64,000 nucleotides of DNA from an uncultured Prochlorococcus sp. (lineage in GTDB: Bacteria > Cyanobacteriota > Cyanobacteriia > PCC-6307 > Cyanobiaceae): positions 1,990 to 65,989 of the forward strand of contig CACGGL010000001.1 in the NCBI GenBank assembly GCA_902572595.1, read 5' to 3'. A model generated the notes under the pieces. It saw only the letters and a list, made by a program, of their open reading frames with translations, was not told the DNA's origin and did not search any database. Of this stretch, positions 63,293 through 64,000 are shown piece by piece. The translations under genes were made by a program, and so were the position numbers. The stretch's first letter is position 1; each line of letters starts with the position of its first letter.

Positions 63293-64000
63293 ATGCTTAC
63301 ATTTCAAGCTTTTATACAATCTCCAGGAGAAACTTTTTTAAATTTAGGATTTATAACAATTAGATGGTACGGATTGCTTATTTCAGTTTCAGTTTTAATA
63401 GGCATATTTGTCTCTAAAAAACTATCAAAGGCAAGGAATATTAACCCAGAGTACATTAGTGAAATACTTCCATCATTAATAATCTCTTCAATAATTGGAG
63501 CTAGAGCTTATTACGTAATTTTTGAGTGGAGACAATATAGCGGAGAGAACTTTTTTACTTCTTTAGAACTATTCAATAACATCATTCAAATACCTTCTTT
63601 TCTGGCAGTTTGGGAAGGAGGCATAGCAATCCATGGGGGTCTCATTGGAGGATTAATATCTACTATCTTTTTCTGTAAGTCGAAAAACATTCATTTGAAA
63701 ACTTTTATAGATATATTAATACCCTCTATTATTCTGGGACAATCAATAGGAAGGTGGGGAAATTTTTTCAATAATGAAGCCTTTGGAGTTCCTACAAATT
63801 TACCCTGGAAATTATTTATACCTATTCAAAATAGGCCTTTAGAATTTATTAATTATGAATTTTTTCATCCTACATTTCTCTATGAGTCATTGTGGAATTT
63901 TTTAATTTTTATCATCCTTATTATTACCTTTAATAAACAAAATAAAACAGATTTTTTCAGGCCTGGCTTTATTAGCTGTCTTTATTTAATAAGTTATAGC
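63293..64000 (+). CDS. lgt: Prolipoprotein diacylglyceryl transferase (3' end runs off the window)
   Basis: ATG 63293 [53 protein letters not shown]. Confidence 0.95.
   Translation, partial: MLTFQAFIQSPGETFLNLGFITIRWYGLLISVSVLIGIFVSKKLSKARNINPEYISEILPSLIISSIIGARAYYVIFEWRQYSGENFFTSLELFNNIIQIPSFLAVWEGGIAIHGGLIGGLISTIFFCKSKNIHLKTFIDILIPSIILGQSIGRWGNFFNNEAFGVPTNLPWKLFIPIQNRPLEFINYEFFHPTFLYESLWNFLIFIILIITFNKQNKTDFFRPGFISCLYLISYS

Overview
AT-rich cyanobacterial core-genome segment. The protein sequences, the Prochlorococcus/Synechococcus hyper-conserved protein, the short intergenic spacers and the low GC point to a high-light-adapted Prochlorococcus (inference). It holds about 70 tightly packed housekeeping genes: ado, rps1b, tab2, ilvB, hemH, cobO, pyrH, frr, tal, ftsI, lepB, two ppa paralogues, proS, psb27, purA, ssb, argB, priA, rpoD, hemC, futB, larC, xth, hemL, map, rplS, gltX, tsaD, psaF/psaJ, gmk, tatC, petC/petA and a partial lgt. 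It also holds tRNA-Trp(CCA) and tRNA-Asp(GTC). Two small genes missing from the ORF track (an hli gene and psaJ) were read directly from the sequence. I saw no CRISPR array, IS element, rRNA, prophage or genomic island, and I cannot support a claim of a large new system. The best leads are: a pgeF/yfiH gene that appears to start at a non-canonical ATT behind a strong SD; a cargo-less tyrosine recombinase with two lesions, plus an excisionase-like wHTH protein 11 kb away; a catalytically degenerate second pyrophosphatase; an FtsL-like gene before ftsI; a structured rpoD leader; and a DRTGG-SLOG-YajQ nucleotide-binding gene string. Three genes carry +1 A insertions in A-runs, which are most likely assembly or sequencing errors.
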